Shown piece by piece: positions 61,944 to 64,000 of a DNA stretch of 64,000 nt (position 1 is its first letter; each line of letters begins with the position of its first letter). Where the stretch lies: the NCBI GenBank assembly GCA_965228855.1, contig CBDDIJ010000004.1, positions 64,001 through 128,000 of the forward strand. Reading direction: 5' to 3'. A program made the translations under genes and the position numbers. The stretch comes from Candidatus Obscuribacterales bacterium (lineage in GTDB: Bacteria > Cyanobacteriota > Vampirovibrionia > Obscuribacterales > Obscuribacteraceae). Under the pieces are notes generated by a model. That model ran no database searches. It saw only the letters and a list, made by a program, of their open reading frames with translations, and was not told where the DNA came from.

Positions 61944-62329
61944 GCGACCTCGCGGGCGAGGTGAGGCGCGAAATGCGCGAACAGTTCGTCGGCAGCAGTG
62001 GCTGCGGCCGCCGGCGCCGTGATCGTCAGTTCTACGGCCGTCTCGTCATAACGTAGGTCGAAATCCATGAAGGCACAGCAATCGGATTCCTTGGCGACCA
62101 GGTCCTGCATTTCGGCGAGGGCCTCCGGCCCGTAGGTCAAGTGCAGCCTCAAAGGTTCGCGCCGGCTCGCCTTGAGCGACCGGCGGGCGAGGTCCTCGAT
62201 GCCCGCGACGCGGGCCTTGAAGTCGCCGGCGCCCAGTGTGCAGGAGATCGCGAGGGTCGTCTGATCAACGGCCGGGCTGCAGGTGTCGCAGTAGGCGTCA
62301 GCCCGTAGCGCGGTTGTAATGGCATTCAT
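61940..62329 (-). CDS. Small Cys-Cys protein (ISCTL...CC.F)
   Basis: CDTC, ISCTL, ESDCCAF. Confidence 0.7.
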   Translation of the reverse strand: MNAITTALRADAYCDTCSPAVDQTTLAISCTLGAGDFKARVAGIEDLARRSLKASRREPLRLHLTYGPEALAEMQDLVAKESDCCAFMDFDLRYDETAVELTITAPAAAATAADELFAHFAPHLAREVA

Positions 62330-62362
62330 GCGAAATGCTCCTTTTCGTAAGCCTATGGCCAA

Positions 62363-62393
62363 GTCCTACTCCTTCAAGTAACTTGAAGGGCAA
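62363..62393 (-). promoter_or_regulatory. MerR-type promoter/operator
   Basis: TTGCCC-N19-TAGGAC on the minus strand; perfect dyad CCTTCAAGT-A-ACTTGAAGG. Confidence 0.8.
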
Positions 62394-62408
62394 CAGGAGC
62401 TTGTTCCG

Positions 62409-62852
62409 ATGAATGTTCACGTTCGCGTGTTGACGATTGGAGCGTTGGCCAAGGCCGCCGGCGTGACAACCCCCACGATCCGCTACTACGAGGAAATCGG
62501 TCTTCTGCCGGCAGCTGGTCGCACGGCGGCCGGGCAGCGCGTCTATGATGGCAGCGATGTAGAGCGGCTGACATTCATTCGCCGCTGCCGTGACTTTGGG
62601 TTTTCGATCGAGCAGGTGCGCGCTCTTGTCGGCCTCTCGATCAGCACAGACAGGGACTGCGCTCCGGTGCGCGATATCGCCAAAGGGCACCTTGAGGAGG
62701 TCCGCACCAAGCTCGATGAACTGAAAGCTCTTGAGCGCAGCCTCGAGACCTTCGTGGTCCAGTGCGACACGGTATGCGCAGGAGGGGCCGGGCGCGACTG
62801 CGTGATTTTCAAGGATCTCGCTAAGCCGGCAGCCGTCGCAGGATGTTGCTAA
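62409..62852 (+). CDS. MerR-family (CueR/CadR-like) regulator
   Basis: TIRYYEEIGLL; DC..CDTVC..DC, C-terminal CC. Confidence 0.88.
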   Translation: MNVHVRVLTIGALAKAAGVTTPTIRYYEEIGLLPAAGRTAAGQRVYDGSDVERLTFIRRCRDFGFSIEQVRALVGLSISTDRDCAPVRDIAKGHLEEVRTKLDELKALERSLETFVVQCDTVCAGGAGRDCVIFKDLAKPAAVAGCC

Positions 62853-62937
62853 GGGTCGCGCCGAGCGTGTTGAGGCGTGAACCTCAAGTTGCTTGAAGTC
62901 CTATCTTCCGAGCTCCCACGATCCAAGGAGCTCTTCA

Positions 62938-63873
62938 ATGGACACTCTCTCAAAGCGATTGGCGGTTGTTGGCGTCCCCTCCGGGGCCGGCGCGTGTGGT
63001 GTGGGCCAGGAGGAAACGCCGGCCGCGATGCGTGCTGCGGGGCTCATTGAGCATCTCGGCCGGGTAGGCTTCGACGTCGCCGACCTCGGCGACTCCGAAG
63101 TCATCCCATGGCGCCCGGATCGCGCTAGTCCCCGCGCGCAGAATGTTGGAGCGATCGCCGGCATGCTCCGATCAACCGTCAGTCGAGTGGCAAGCGCGCT
63201 GTCGGAGGAGCGCAAGCGGATGGTGCTCGTGCTCGGCGGCGATTGCACGGTAGGCATCGGGACCATGGCCGGCGTTCGACAGGCGCTTGGCCCCGTCGCG
63301 TTGGCCTATTTCGACCTGCACTCCGATCTCAACACCCCCGAGAGCATGTCCGACGGCGCGATCGACTGGATGGCGCTCGGGCACATGCTGGCGATCGAAG
63401 GCAGCGATCCCGACTTACTCAGCGCGGCCGGCCAACAGCCGGTCATCACACCTGACCACATCGTGATGATTGGCCAGGACCGTTCTCGCGCGACCAGGTT
63501 CGAACGACGCCAACTCGATGAGTTCGGCATCCCAATCGTGCCTGTCGATGAAGTCCGGGCCGATCCACGAGCTGCCGCCCGCCGCGCGCGCAATTTGCTC
63601 GCCGAGCGTAGCGATCGCTATGCGATCCATCTCGATGTCGACGTCGTCGACTTCACCGATGCCCCACTGTCCGAACACCCGTCGCGCAATGTCGGCCTCA
63701 GGCTCGAGGAGATGCTGAGCGCCTTGAGGGTGCTCGCATCGGGGCCGGGCCTGATTGCAATCACGCTCACCGAACTCAATCCTCACAACGCTGCTTACGA
63801 CCCAGGATTGCTTGATCGGTTCGTCGCAAGATTGTCCGAGGCCATTTCGCGTGCCGGCACCGATCTACGCTGA
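62938..63873 (+). CDS. Arginase/ureohydrolase-family protein
   Basis: GGDCT, DLHSD, HLDVD, TELNP. Confidence 0.85.
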   Translation: MDTLSKRLAVVGVPSGAGACGVGQEETPAAMRAAGLIEHLGRVGFDVADLGDSEVIPWRPDRASPRAQNVGAIAGMLRSTVSRVASALSEERKRMVLVLGGDCTVGIGTMAGVRQALGPVALAYFDLHSDLNTPESMSDGAIDWMALGHMLAIEGSDPDLLSAAGQQPVITPDHIVMIGQDRSRATRFERRQLDEFGIPIVPVDEVRADPRAAARRARNLLAERSDRYAIHLDVDVVDFTDAPLSEHPSRNVGLRLEEMLSALRVLASGPGLIAITLTELNPHNAAYDPGLLDRFVARLSEAISRAGTDLR

Positions 63874-64000
63874 CACGGGCAATCCATCGACGCCGTCGAA
63901 GCCAATATCCTTTGGATGTTTTGACGACTGGAATGCTAGCATCGTCACATGAAACTGGAGCGAATTTCCAACGGGATGCTTCCGGCCGGACTGCACCCCG

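Overview
High-GC alphaproteobacterial DNA. Bases 1 to ~54.4 kb are the integrase-proximal part of a Tn4371/ICEMlSym-like integrative conjugative element, almost all on the minus strand. The core (1-21.4 kb) has a VirD2/RlxS-like relaxase (truncated by the window edge) with an IncP-type nic site, a lytic transglycosylase, TraF, ParG/ParA, RepA with internal iterons, an RdfS-like excisionase, a frameshifted FseA-like activator, QseM/QseC-like regulators, DUF736 x2, DUF2493, a toprim protein, an MTase-strawberry-notch helicase, ParB, RadC and ArdC. The cargo region (21.6-52.2 kb) holds a protease, SRAP and an AbiV-like protein; a LexA-boxed imuA-imuB-dnaE2 cassette; HNH and PIN-like genes; a six-gene Druantia-like operon (Dcm, two unknowns, a 1881-aa DUF1998 helicase, a Cas4/AddB-like nuclease, Vsr); three HEPN-like genes; a DUF6035 nuclease; and an N6-MTase plus separate nuclease pair with its own LexA box. 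The element ends with an excisionase and tyrosine integrase next to tRNA-Leu(CAA). Downstream of the tRNA are a merR-TPAB operon and two further MerR regulons (Cys-Cys proteins, Trx/CcdA/YnfA, an arginase-family gene). Family calls come from motif recognition by eye; no searches were run.
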